Assembly: GCA_002633005.1 (NCBI GenBank)
Contig: NMRA01001110.1
Coordinates: 1 to 53,848 of the forward strand
Direction of reading: 5' to 3'
Length of the DNA: 53,848 nucleotides
Origin: Phoronis australis
Taxonomy: Eukaryota; Animalia; Phoronida
Below are positions 12,225-24,606 of this stretch, piece by piece (position 1 is the first letter of the stretch; each line of letters opens with the position of its first letter). The translations under genes were made by a program, and so were the position numbers. A model generated the notes under the pieces. It did not search any database and was not told the DNA's origin. It saw only the letters and a list, made by a program, of their open reading frames with translations.

Positions 12225-14838
12225 ACTATCGGGTGCTGCCATGGCCAGTGACAACAATGTTTGATACTGATTTGCAAGGAATCAGTGCCCGAGTTGCAGA
12301 CGATATAATATATAGAAATGTAAAACTGAGACACAACTGTCATATAATTAACAGTCCTGTTCTAGGTGTTACGATTGAGACCTGGTTGCATGTTGAGGAG
12401 TATTTATTCTGCTACACTTGTATTTCTTTAAGCTATTTTCCGAAAGTTTGATGTTTTAACCGGCTAAAGACGTCGAGTCGACATAGAAGTAGCTTTTGAG
12501 CTTCTAATGTCAGAGGTACCGGTTGAAGTAGTGCGGGGGGGTGAATACGGAAAACATTATTACATGGCCGTATTTTTCTCGACAGATTCAACGTGTATGG
12601 GATAAATATACGTTTCATGCCGTAGGTGATGAAAACTTCATATCATTAATAGAGATTTAATAACCAACAGATATCATCATTATGTTATATATCATTCGCC
12701 AAATCTGTCGGTGATGAATGAAGCGGAGATAAGATTTTATTTATTCGTTGTTAAAGTTTCTTTGAATTTATGGAAATTTCACAATTTATAACTTGTTTTA
12801 ATGATTGACTGATAAATCATTTCGAAATTTCAAACAGTGGCACTGTGTAACATTGGGAATCGTTTCTCCGTGTTTTCATGGACACCTTTTATGAAAGGTC
12901 AATCTTAGTATAAAGAATATTAAGTGCTTTTTATATGCTAATGTTTTTCATTATGTTTTTTAATCACTTGTCAATTTTATTAAAGTATAGATTAAATGAG
13001 CGTCATGTAATACACTTTTTGATTTTTTGTTTCGCCTTTTAGGTATTCAGTATTTCGTTATTCAGTATCGTTTCTCATCGATCACGAACATCAGAACAAA
13101 GTAATAAGAAGTTTTTGAGGCCGTCAATACCTTGAAGTTCATGGCCTTCAGTAGCTAATGCACCGTATGTTTTAGTCAATATGCTTAGAATTATTGAAGT
13201 TAAAACAGGAAATAACGGTACTTGTCAGCCCGTGCTCTGAGGCAAGTTATCTTCCAAAGAGCTGATACAGAAAATTGGTTCTTTCCTATGATACTGCTTA
13301 ATAACTTCTTTATCACACGCTTGTATCAAAGTTTGCCTGATGTTAACATGACCATGTGTTCGTCTGATCTTGAAGTGTGATATCAAGTCAAAGACAATGT
13401 ATGCAATGCATCATTTTCAAGTTTGTCAATCCCCAATAAACTCTGAAAGGGTTTTTGAGTAGTTGATGGCTTCGATATCTTAGTTGGTAGCGGAAATAGA
13501 ATTCCATTGCGGTAAAAAATGTCATGAGACTGATTTGGTTAGAGGTAAAGGCCTAATTCGGTTTCCATAGCCATATGTCCATGTCGGACGCAAGAAACTA
13601 GCGAAAACGCACAACTTCGCTATGTATTATAAGGACAGCACGTGATCACTTAGAATTTACTAGCGAAACTCTTGCACTGACAGTTATTGTTCTCACCGAA
13701 GTCTTTGCCATCTATCGGCAGCGCCTGGATGCAGCCCACAGCTAGCATCAATAGAATGAATACCGCGAAGCACTTCATGACGTCTGGTGTTCTGTAATTC
13801 AGTCAGTGTCAGTTCAAGTTATGGGAAACAAGTATGTAAAAGAATAAACAAAAATGTGAGATTAAAGCAAAATGTGAATAAACGTTAGCAAATCTTATGG
13901 AACAATTACCCTTCCGTAGAAATTGAAACATAGACGGATTCACAGTGTTCTGCATACCTTGTACTAAATATTCCTTCATACAATTGAAGAGTCAAGTATC
14001 TGCGGATTTGAAAAACAAAATGTCTTGTAGCTTAACAACAGGCAGTTAGTAGAAACTACGTACCTTGCGTTCCTCTAGCTTCTTTAATTTGCCATGTTTC
14101 GGCAATCAAGTCGAAAAAGTTTTTTTAGGTGACCTGCTAGCTGGGGTTTTGTTTCCGTACAAAAGAAAGTCGACCTTTTCAGTACAACTCTTGATTACTA
14201 TGAGGTAATCCTAATTGAAGTTGGTGATGTACAGTAAACATTGATGTAGCCAACGTGAAAGTCTGAACATTGCCTTAAAAATTGTACAAGCTCTTTGATG
14301 CCAGTCTAAAATAACCTCCTACAAAGTTGGTGTTTCGATGCCCTGTTACGTAGGTGAAGGAATTTGGACAGTTTGACTCGTCTGGTGACAGCAACTAGAA
14401 AATCGATATTCACACGATTTAACATTGGTTTCCTAATAGGCAGCGCGTATCTTGGAACCAAAACGCACCTTTTCAAAGCCTATGCCTTTCCAACAGAATC
14501 TTGAGGAAGTGAGTTATCTCCTAAAGTGTAGTGTAATATTTTAATCTTGGCCTTAGACCTCATTTTCATATCTGAAGTTGACGATCGGTGTGTTCAAAGA
14601 CGATACCGTTCTTCCCAGCACTCCTTTGGATTATGCAGCACCACACGGGAGGTAAAGCTTTGATGAAGCTCAATTAATTTACGCTCACACTTTCTCAAAT
14701 AACGCTAACGCTCCCGCACACTTTTTGTGACAATCACAATTGGGGAGCAAATAAAAAAGTTTTCTTAAGGGATTTAATCGCTGTCGACGGAGGTACATTT
14801 GGAATCAAACTGTTTGTGACGAACCGGGCTGTGGTGGN

Positions 14839-14909
14839 TAGACGACCGGTCGACGGCTAGTCGTCGACCAATTTCCGACCGGGCGGCCAAAAATTCGTGA
14901 TGTGTGCTG
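14839..14909 (-). repeat. Third copy of the 71-bp TIR (identical to the left TIR at 15793, inverted), abutting the N at 14838
   Basis: Exact reverse complement of 15793-15863. Followed by TA (14910-11) within the Gypsy RT KIDL codons. Confidence 0.9.
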
Positions 14910-14911
14910 TA

Positions 14912-15792
14912 GATCAATCTTCGTAAAATGCTGGTTTTAGTGATCTTAGCCATGATGTCATCAGAATTGCCCATCGGTTCCGAGTCGAACTTGGTGATGG
15001 CGTTCAGACGACGAAAATCGATTCACAATCGATTTTAACCGCCCTTCTTCTTCACTAAGACCACCAGAGAGTTGTAGGGTGCATCGGATGGTTCTATGAC
15101 TCCACACTTTAACATGTTGTCAACTTCCTCCTGCACAACCGACCGTGTGGCATATGGCAGGGGATACAGCTTGACTCTCACCGGTTCTTCACTGATGGTC
15201 TCGATCTTGTGCTCAAGCAGACGTGCCTTACCATGTACTTCACTAAAGACGTCAGAGTACTTTTCTAGCAGACTTATAACCTCCCTTTGTTGGCTAGTAG
15301 TGAGCTCGTCTGATATTTTGACATCTTTGTACGTTTCTTTTTGGTTTGTCGAACCAAGCTCTAGTAAATGTTCATCATCGGCAACACCAACTTCATTGTC
15401 CATTTCAGGCTGCAGTACAGCTATGGCCGCGATGTCATAATTCTGATCTGCATCATCTTTACTTGCAGCCCCACTTTGGTCACGAGATATGTAAAGTTTC
15501 AATAGGTTGGCATGGTATGTCTTGATCTTTCCAATAACCATTACTTGGTAGTCCATTTTGTTGAGTACCTCAGTCACTTCATAGGGACCCCTCCACTGCA
15601 GTAGCAGCTTATTACTGTCAGTTGGTAGTAATATTAAGACTTGGTCTCCTACTTTGAAGCGACGATCTCGTGTCTTTGTGTCATAATGGTGCTTGTATGC
15701 TTCACCAGCATTTCGTAAGTTTTCCCGCACCAGTTCACATGTCTCTTCCAGACGATGTCGCAAGTCGAGGGCATACTCATAAGTATTCCGTA
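14912..15792 (-). pseudogene. Gypsy pol remnant: integrase C-terminus (GPY/F) and RT N-terminus
   Basis: KLLLQWRGPYEV, YHANLLK, EHKIET..PVRVKLYPLPY, GVIEPSDAPYNSLVVLVKKK, IDFRRLNAITKFDSEPM, TKIDL. Stops and frameshifts present. Confidence 0.9.
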
Positions 15793-18700
15793 CAGCACAC
15801 ATCACGAATTTTTGGCCGCCCGGTCGGAAATTGGTCGACGACTAGCCGTCGACCGGTCGTCTAATTTGCCGACCGGTCGGCTAAAAATTAGCCGACCGGC
15901 AGCCGCCCGCAGTGCCGACTCATAAGGCGACTCCCCAGCCGACCCTTCAGCCGACCCTTCAGCCGACCCTTCAACCGACCGGCCATCAGCCGACCAGCTG
16001 GTCGGCTGCTATTTTTAGGCTAGAGTAGCAGTTGCGTAATAGGTTGGCAGGCTGATACCACTTTGCGTGTCGATGCATATTCGTCTTAGCACAGGGTCAA
16101 ATAAATTAACCTAGTTTTACTGTCTCGGTTACATGAGTTCACGTCGGTTGTGTAATACCACTAATTCGAAGGTTGAAGGCAAGCGGTAATAGTAAACATT
16201 GGATTATGGACAATGCAACAAGTTTTGGATGAAAAACGTGAAAGTTTTCTTTACATTTGATCTTTAATTTGACTCGTGACGTTAACAAGATGTATTAGAT
16301 CGGTTGCTTCCCGGTCAATACAACGCTGTAGTCATTTTGTAAACGCAGCTATTTTAGCAGTCTTCGCCCGCAGTTGATTTCAAGTTGTTTGTGTAACGCC
16401 AAACTGCATCTTTTTGCGTTTTTTTAAGTTAGTCACCGGTCTCCTGTCACGCGCCCATGATGATGGATTAGTGAGTGAGTTCTTACACCGCGAAAAGCTC
16501 TCACTCCAGGGATTTTATTTTCATAGTATTGACCCTTGCAGTACAGACGCGAAATTCACGGTCCAGTATGCCCTAAACCCACGGACTTCGATGGCTCTAA
16601 CTTCGAAATCATATTATGGTTACGATTTCCACGAACTAAGACGGTGACATCACCACTGTTGAGGCTACAGCAAAGTAGCCTTGCGCATTCCGTTTTCAGT
16701 GTATCGGTGACGTTAAAATCTGGGCTAGCAGTTACATGTATACACGTAGTCCCCTATCAGTTGGTCGTTCACGTTGTTCCAAAAATAAATATTTTCTGTC
16801 ACCAACATATTGACAAATTATGCAAAATAAAACAATTGTGAACGGCAAGATGTGAATACGTGGTGAAGAGGTATTTGTCTCTACGCGGCATATGTGCGTG
16901 AAACTTTGGTAAAGCGATTGCGATGGCAAAAAATGATAGAAAATACACAAAGGTGCACTTTTGAGAAGCAAAGCGTCTGGTGATCTTGATAGCGTACATG
17001 TATGATCTGGCCACCTCAGGTAGTAAGTGACGCTGAATGAGAAGTGGTAACTACATGTTTGGCGCGAAAATAAAAAAATCATGCTTGTATTGCCAGCCAC
17101 CCCCCTCCCCGAATTTTGCACATTCTAATGAGTCACCACTCGAGATTTGGTTCCGTTTCAGTCCTAAAATCGCATAATAATTCTGTGCTCAGCTGTAAGA
17201 AAAAATACAATTTTTTGAAACGGTGCTCAGTCTTAATAAAGTTTCCAGCATGAGAGCGCTTTGATCAGAAATGCCAAGCACACGCAGAGTTGTAAGACAG
17301 AGACGTTGGCGTTTCCGTATGTCCACAAAAGTGCTTTGAGCAGTGTGTACAAATTTGTTCATTTCGCTTTTCTGCACTGACGACTATGATCAACACGGTG
17401 TTTTAACTACACTTTTGAGTGCATTTTCAAAAATAAATGTTTGGTTGGTGAATTCAGCGAGTCGGTGCCCACGGGCAGGAAAACGTATCTGCGTAAATAA
17501 AGAGTTGCGTTTTCAAAACATTCAGAGCATGAGCTCAAGGACTACCTGAGACAGAAAATAAAACCGATTACCAAACAGAAACTTGTCCAATGAATATATA
17601 GCTCTTGGAAAACTGTTACCCCGAAGAAATGTGCAAAATACGAACGTCGTTTACGAAAGATTGTACCAGAAGTGATTCGTTGCAGTGGAGCCGCACGGGA
17701 TAGTAAAAACACTGTGCTGTGCACTAGTTACCTGAATGGAAAGCTGAAGCGGAAAAATCCAGAACACACATTTTCTATTCAGGAATTGAAATCTCTGTAG
17801 AATCAAAAACAATTGGCAACCAGGATTTATTGCGTTAGAAAACTTATCACGCCCGGAGAGAATTGTTTTCATGCCCGGAGACTACGTGATCACCCATTAT
17901 GCAATGATGACAATCCAGTGTGTACCTATACATTGGCATCTATTGTAAAACGTGGATTAGACGAAAGAAATTCAACCGCATTTCGAAGATAATATATCTG
18001 TTGTCGGCGAGAGGTTGAATATATAGCCCTTGTTTAGTATAGTACGGACAGTATCACTTTGAAAGATCAATGCTTGGGGATGGTGACGTGGTGTTCTGGC
18101 GTGAAAGTTACTGACATGGTAAGTTTTTGAACCTGACTTATTAAATTTTCAGTTCGGTCGTATTTTATTTTGATCCTGAAGTGAAGAATTTTTGGTCCTC
18201 ACTTGATAAATTATAGGTGCTGATGTGATAAATTTTCAGTCTTGACGTGGTGAATTTGGTCTTTATTTGCTCTTTGGTCTTCTGTGTGAAAACAATCTCA
18301 ATGTATTGGATTGTTTTAATTCCTGCTTAAGTAAAATGTCTGGTTTTGAGATATTTATTTTTGGTCCTGGAGAGTTTGCATGTTTTGCTTGGTTTTAATC
18401 ATGCATAGAAAAGATATGTCGTTAAATGTTTCAAATTAGGCCTCCCATAAATGGGGGGAGAGCAGGTTGTGTAGCATCGTACTATGTAACTTCTAATATA
18501 AATCTAGGTGTTCGTGATTTAGTAATACTATGAAAAATGAGTAGTTTTGACTATGAAAAATGAGTAGTTGAGGCTTCTTTTGAAATACTGTATCCTTTGT
18601 ATATGCCTGGTGTACAAGGCTCAGTGTGATATTATCTAAGCTTTATTATCCTCTATGGCTTAACAACTATATATCTTCATTCATGCCTGTAAAAGAGGTA

Positions 18701-20976
18701 CTCCCAGGATCATCAAGCATGTGTATGTTTTTATTCTAATGAGGCGTGCTTCGAATGTACAATTAGTAATTATACTTTTGCAGTGGTTCATAACAAACGG
18801 ATTCATTAAACCCAGTAAATATTTTTGCAACTGCTGACTCTGCATATCAGACGTGCATATTGCATCATACCTCATCAGAGTAAAACTTGTTATCAATCAT
18901 AGTAGAAAAAATTATTTTTATCATTGCCACAAGACGTTAACAAACGCAGTGAGTGTCTGTAACTGTTGTGTCTAGATTGCTGATGAACTAAAGTCGGTCT
19001 ACATGTATTTCCATTTTTATATCACTGATTCATGCCAAAGGTTTGAAATTGCGCCCCTTTAAGAGTTTTGACTTGCCCTGTGATCACTAGAATCCGATGC
19101 AATAAACTTATAGAAGTTGTTTTTTAACCAGTGTAATATAGCTGAAAATTGTGTGCGTTTTCGTTTGCGAGAATGTTCTTTTTGAATCAATGGGTTAATC
19201 ATTTTACGCTCTACATGAAAACACAGACTACTTTTTTTAGGATTACATGTACCAGGTTACCCCGAAAATATTATTTTCAAAGTTTTACCCCTTGGAGTAT
19301 ACGCGAAACGCCAAGTATTGTGTTCTTACGCGAAAGGGCTCGGAAGGCTCTAGCCTTGGTGCGAAGCTGTTTACTAAATTAAATATACAAATTTGCGCCA
19401 TTGTGGGTAAAAACTGACCAAATAAAATCTTCCTAGAGTAAACTAAATTATTTACCAGCGTTGCAAAAAATGGTTTTCTACAATTATTCTGCTGCTAAAG
19501 TTATGTTGTGATCTTATGCGTCGACTTTCGCCCCAATGAAATATTGCGTCACCTTTTAGCCAGTTTCTTTTTCCCAGATTCTTCAATCAAACGTTCTCCC
19601 TCGAGGTTACGTAAACGTCACAACAAATGATCAGAATTGGTTTCACTTCATTATATGTTTTTGGAATTTTGATATCAGTGAACCGAATTTTAGAACAAAT
19701 TTTGCTGAGATGTGTTCATCATCTAATGGGAGATGTTGAAAACATTTTGGAAGTGGCGCGTGTCACAATGAACTTTTTTCAAAACGACGATATACGTTTT
19801 TTCGTTAAAAAGGCAGAGAATTACGCAAGAAGATGACGTCGGATGTTTCTCACTTAAACGGCCGTAACGGGCAACTTGAATGCCAATTGACTTCCAGATT
19901 TTGCATGCACACCCGCCAGTCTTGAGCTCATGTTGATACAAGTTTTTCGACGAGGTGACAAACGTAACTATCCGGGCTGTGTGAAGTATCGAGGTCTGTT
20001 TGGTCTCAATAAGCAGTGGCACCTTGCTGTATTTTGAAAATAGTCTTCATGCAACTAGCTGGCTACATAGGAAGGCTCTAGTTTCGAAAAGATGTTTTAC
20101 TGCGAAAGTGACAACAATTTCTGAATGATGATGGATGATGGATGACACTATAAACCGATCAGTCTTCCGTTTTCATGCGCCCATGATTTAATATCGGCGC
20201 TATGTTCAAACCATTGTTTATGTTGTTTCTAAAATAAAATTGGGTTCTATTGCTGTACCAACATATTAAGAAATTATACAGAAATAAGCAATAATTATCT
20301 GTGGTAAATCGCAATATACAGCGTGATGAAGTGATCATCAAGAGCAATAACGGATGAGCGCAAATGCGTGATGCTTGTTGAGCATTCCGCTGCATGAAAA
20401 CACTTGAGGTCGTGTATTGAGTGTTGTATTCTGATTGTTATGCAATTTTACTGTAAATTTCAAATTTCGTGCTTGTTTTTGTGCAAAATGTACTGTATAA
20501 AAAGTCTCATATCTAAATTTAGAAATTATGCTTCCGCGATATCACTTAACGTTTGATTTTACCACGCCGTCATTAATTCAACATAAAGTTTTAGGCTGGT
20601 GTAATGTCACGCACTTCGTATTTGTAGGTTGATTCGATTTTATTTCCTTTCAATAGTTGAACAAAACTTTATAAACCGATGTCAAGACCTGAGTTGCCAG
20701 TGGTGAACGAACAGCGAACAGTAAAATGTTTGTTTGGCCAAAGTTCACTCGTTAAGTCATGAAATGGTAATTGCCGACCAAGGACACGCTTAATTTGAAT
20801 TGGTCGTCTACGCTAGGCGACCACTTAGCCGCCCCAAGTGCCGACCACAGAGGCGACTCAGTACACGGCTCCTAGCCGACCGTTGTTGGTCGGCTGCTGG
20901 TCGGCTAGACGACCGGTCGACGGCCGGTCGTCGACCAATTTCCGACCGGTCGGCCAAAAATTCGTGATGCGTGCTG
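15793..20976. mobile_element. 5184-bp non-autonomous TIR DNA transposon with TA TSD (Tc1/mariner-like termini)
   Basis: 71-bp TIRs starting CAGCAC(A/G)CATCACGAATTTTTGGCCG with 4 mismatches. TA at 15791-92 and 20977-78. GCCGAC-rich subterminal arrays, including 12-bp cagccgaccctt x3 near 15936. Confidence 0.85.
16743..17888 (+). mobile_element. Nested, internally deleted Tc1-like element
   Basis: 17528-17706 reads HELKDYLRQKIKPITKQKLVQ*IYSSWKTVTPKKCAKYERRLRKIVPEVIRCSGAA, typical of a Tc1-type transposase C-terminus. Short inverted ends CACGTAGTCCCC/GGAGACTACGTG, TA on the left only. Confidence 0.6.
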
Positions 20977-20978
20977 TA

Positions 20979-21720
20979 CGTCTGGTGTTTCATTGCCAGT
21001 CCACAACTCTTTAAGCACCTGCATGGGCCCTCCCACGGTTCTACCATACAACAGTTCAAATGGCGAAAAACCTGTGTGCTCACTTGTGGTACCTCTCGGT
21101 AGGCGAACAGTACTGCTGGTAAGTACCGGTCCCAGTTTTGTGGACGCTTTTGGAACATTTTCTTAAGCATACACTTCAGTACACCGTTAATACGCTCACA
21201 CAATCCATTGCCTTTCGGATTGTACGGAGTGGTAAACAGTTGCTTCATGGATATTAACCGTGCAACTTCCTGCCGACTTTCTGAGGTAAAATGTGTCACA
21301 CAGTCACTAAGCACCTCTCGTGGAAAGCCAATTCTACAGAAGGTTTTAAACAGTGCTTCTGCAACTTGCTCGGCTTCTATTTTTGGTAGAGGGACTGCCT
21401 CTGGATATCTTGTGGCGTAGTCTACGATGGTGAGAATGTACCGGTTGCCTCTGTCTATGCTCGGCGACACAGGACCAATCAAATCAACAGCAATACGCTG
21501 GAACGGTTCTTCCATAAGAAGCATCTCGCCCAATGGCACTTTGGAGATCCTGCCCTTAGGAGTTGTTCGCTGGCAGATGTCACATGATCTGCAGAAACGA
21601 TTTATGTCACTGCCAACTCCTGGTCAATAAAAGCTACTGGCTATTCTATCACTGGTCTTCTTCACACCAAGGTGCCCACCAACGATCGACTCGTGAGCTA
21701 GCGTCATAACCTGTTGTCGA
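20979..21720 (-). pseudogene. Gypsy integrase remnant (H2C2 zinc finger and DDE core)
   Basis: AHESIVGGHLGVKKT..SCDICQ, PFQRIAVDLIGP, RYILTIVDYATRYPEAVPL, TTPYNPKGNGLCER, LPAVLFAYREVPQ. Confidence 0.92.
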
Positions 21721-23590
21721 TATTTGACCTTGACAACTATCTGACGCAATTCTTTGGTGTTACCAGTATACTCTCGGTACAGGACCCTCTTCTGCTTCTC
21801 ATACCAGTATTGACCTCTATCACGTGTTCTTACTGGTTTGTATTTCTCAACAAGTTCCGTGAGCTTACGTAGGGAAGGATCATGTTGTTGCTCGTCCTTC
21901 ATTTGGCTGACGTCGAGACTTGCCACTCCGGATGGAGTCACTGCCAAAGGCTTAATGGGTTTTTCTCTCTTCTTAGCCTGTGCTCTAGTAGTGACTGCGG
22001 ACATGACACTACCTTGTGGCTGCCAATTGGGATCAGGATCCTTGCTGACGCCAACAGCATTCCCTATGATGAGGTCGTATATCGGTGTTCGCATACACAT
22101 AGCCTCGATTTCACCAACGAAGTATGGAGTGTCTACCTCAATCTTCGCTATGGGTAAGGATCGTACTGTCCCATCTATTAACACACAGATGTGCTGTTTC
22201 CCTGTCAGTTGACTATCTTTGAATAGGGACGTCTTCACCGCTGCACTACTGCATCCGGTGTCACGTATCATGCTTACTTTTGTTTCATTGAGGTAACCGT
22301 CACAAACGGGCATATTGTGGTCAGGAAGCTCTCTGTGGTTGTCACAGGTCCATGTCTCTACGGGTATCGATGTCCCATCGACTACTTGCAGACAGCCATC
22401 GACTACATGCATGTGCTGCTCTATTGGACTACCCTTTGCTACCACAGCTTGACACATCACCGACTTCTTGGTGTCTTCTGCCTTGGCCCGTTCCTGCTGC
22501 GAGGCAGACGATTGCTTACCTGCATCGAATCTTTTGGACTGGAAGTCTTTCATTCCACAGTCCCTTGCTAAATCACCTTTCCGATGACAATTGAAACATT
22601 CTTTGTCACCCTTGTTTCTGGTCATTGACGAACGAGGAGTCTCTGTCCTCCATTCCTCTGTGTTGCTTGGCGGTGCCTGTCTTCTGGCTACCTGTTCCAA
22701 GTCTTTCTTTGGGAACCCTTTGCCCAACAAACCAGTACAGTTGGCGTCCATATACTGTTGAGCAATGGCCAACATCCTGTCGAAGGTCTTCGGTTTCCGT
22801 TCCCTCAGGAATACGGACATCTCATGATGGCATACTCCCAGAAACTGTTCTCCGATCAGTAAGTCTCTGAGTCCATCATAAGTTGCCTCGACCTCCGCCA
22901 GTTGTGTCCATCGGTCAAAGAACCTTTTCAGTCTTGCCCCGAATTGGAACACATTTTCACCCTTTTCAGGCTTGGACTCTAAATTTCCGTCGGAACCCAT
23001 CTTCGGTTAATTCATACCTGACGGCATGTTGTTGAACACCTGTAGACCTTTACCTGTCAACAGTGGACTCAAGTCCACAGCCCACTCCGATTTATCCCAT
23101 TTCTGGCTTGTGGGGAATGTCTCAAATCTGGCTAGAAAGGAATCCATGTCGTCGACGCGCTTGTCCAACCTTGGCAGTTTGGGACGACTGGTACGTACAC
23201 CGCTGCTTGAAGCCCCGTCACTAGGTGTCGCTTTGAGCTCAATTTGGAGTTGCAGTGTCTTCTGCTTCTCAATCTCAATAGCTTGGGGCATTTGGCTCGT
23301 TCTTGTTCGAGCTTATGTTCATACTCGGCTTGCTCTAGCTCTCGATGAGCAGGCTCTGATTGTTCCCGTGCAAGCTCTGCCTTTTCCAGTTCTTGTTTAT
23401 GGGCACGGTCTGCTTGTTCTTGTGCAAGCTTTGCCTGTTCCCGTGCAAGCTCTACCTTTTTCAGCTCTCGGTTGTGGGCGCACTCTTCACGCTCCGAGGC
23501 CTGCCGCAAGAGCTCCTCAGGGCACTTCTTTAACTCTTCACCGGTATAACCGAATTGTTTCGCTTGCGCAATATACTTTTCAAAATCCAT
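21721..23590 (-). pseudogene. Gypsy gag (coiled coil, SCAN-like capsid, CCHC knuckle) and aspartic protease remnant
   Basis: MDFEKYIAQAKQFGYTG start, RPKLP..DDMDSFLARFE..WAVDLSPLLTGKGL, LRDLLIGEQFL..FLRERKPKT, CFNCHRKGDLARDC, IRDTGCS. Frameshifted. Confidence 0.9.
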
Positions 23591-23699
23591 TTTAGAGGAA
23601 GGGTATTGTTCCCAGAATGCACTTTGTTATTTAATATTCAAACGGTAATTACTGGATTCAAAACAATTCAACACAACCACGTAAACGTTTATTTAAACT

Positions 23700-23717
23700 A
23701 TCCTGCACTGGCCCCCA
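23700..23717 (-). promoter_or_regulatory. Primer binding site, tRNA-Pro-like
   Basis: TGGGGGCCAGTGCAGGAT lies 2 nt inside the LTR and matches the canonical tRNA-Pro PBS TGGGGGCTCGTCCGGGAT at 14/18. Confidence 0.7.
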
Positions 23718-23719
23718 AA

Positions 23720-24606
23720 TGTCAGACGATTGACAGTGAATTCGTTTAAAAGGTAGCTATGCTTTGAGGTTGTGTGTCAATGGAGAGTGAATAATCAAAT
23801 CCAGTAATTGATTTATTATATAAACAACCCCTAATTAGACAAATGAAACCTATTGTTAATTAAGTAATCAACTACAAAGAGTAACTACGCTAGCGCCCTC
23901 TTTAAAGGTTATTTTAATCAAACAACCAAAACAATGAAATGTCTTATCTGCTATCCAAGCTAGGACTCTCCACTTGTTGGATGTCTGTACTGTTGGTGAA
24001 TCTTCGAACTACACACACTGTATAGCGACAGTGTACTTGCTGGTCACCGTCTCTGGTGATGCAACACTTGCAGGCAATTTCTTCTACTCGCGAATCTTCT
24101 TGCTGGTCACAGTCTCTGGCTGATGACGCAACACTTCAGGTAGTACCTTACTACCCATAATGCAAGTGATAAGCTCTTCGTTAACTTGCTCTTCGTTAAC
24201 CATTGCCCTTCCCAATATCATTTCTAGAATCTTCCACGAGATGGCTCTGTCGTACAATTGCCTCTGTACACTGTTGCAAGTCCTTCAACTACTATAGCGC
24301 ATCTAATTATCTTTTTGATTTCAGCACATAATATAACATTCTACTTATTTAGTGATTGGCTGATAAAAATCACCTGATCATATCCACTCGTTTTATGGCT
24401 GTTACAATTTGTTCTCAGAATATTCTAGAATCTCTAGAGTACTTTGACCCCAGAACCCATAGTTGTAAACACCATCTAAAAATAGATTTTGACGTTAAAA
24501 TACAGGTCAACAAGTCTGATCCCATGATCTAAAACTACATATGCACAAATTTTGGGCAACTTAAAATGGATCTATTCTTACTAATTACTTAATACTTATT
24601 CTGACA
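23720..24606 (-). repeat. 5' LTR of the Gypsy element (887 bp)
   Basis: TGTCAGA...TCTGACA perfect inverted termini, adjacent to the PBS and upstream of gag. Confidence 0.85.

Larger units (their letters stand above)
14910..24606 (-). mobile_element. Gmr1-type Ty3/Gypsy LTR retrotransposon (5'LTR-PBS-gag-PR-INT-RT), degenerate, interrupted, 3' part missing
   Basis: Domain order gag/zinc knuckle, protease DTG, integrase, GPY/F, then RT start. Integrase before RT is the Gmr1 hallmark. The two coding segments rejoin in frame when 15793-20978 is removed. Confidence 0.9.

Noticed and set aside
14062-14700. Partly open minus-strand frame ending at a GT donor (..GIKELVQFLRQCSDFHV.., ..QLAGHLKK..), faintly winged-helix/LOTUS-like
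   Set aside because: Multiple stops and frameshifts and only vague similarity. Would need an HMM search.
23026-23595. 189-aa plus-strand ORF with internal repeats
   Set aside because: Antisense to the repetitive coiled-coil region of Gypsy gag.
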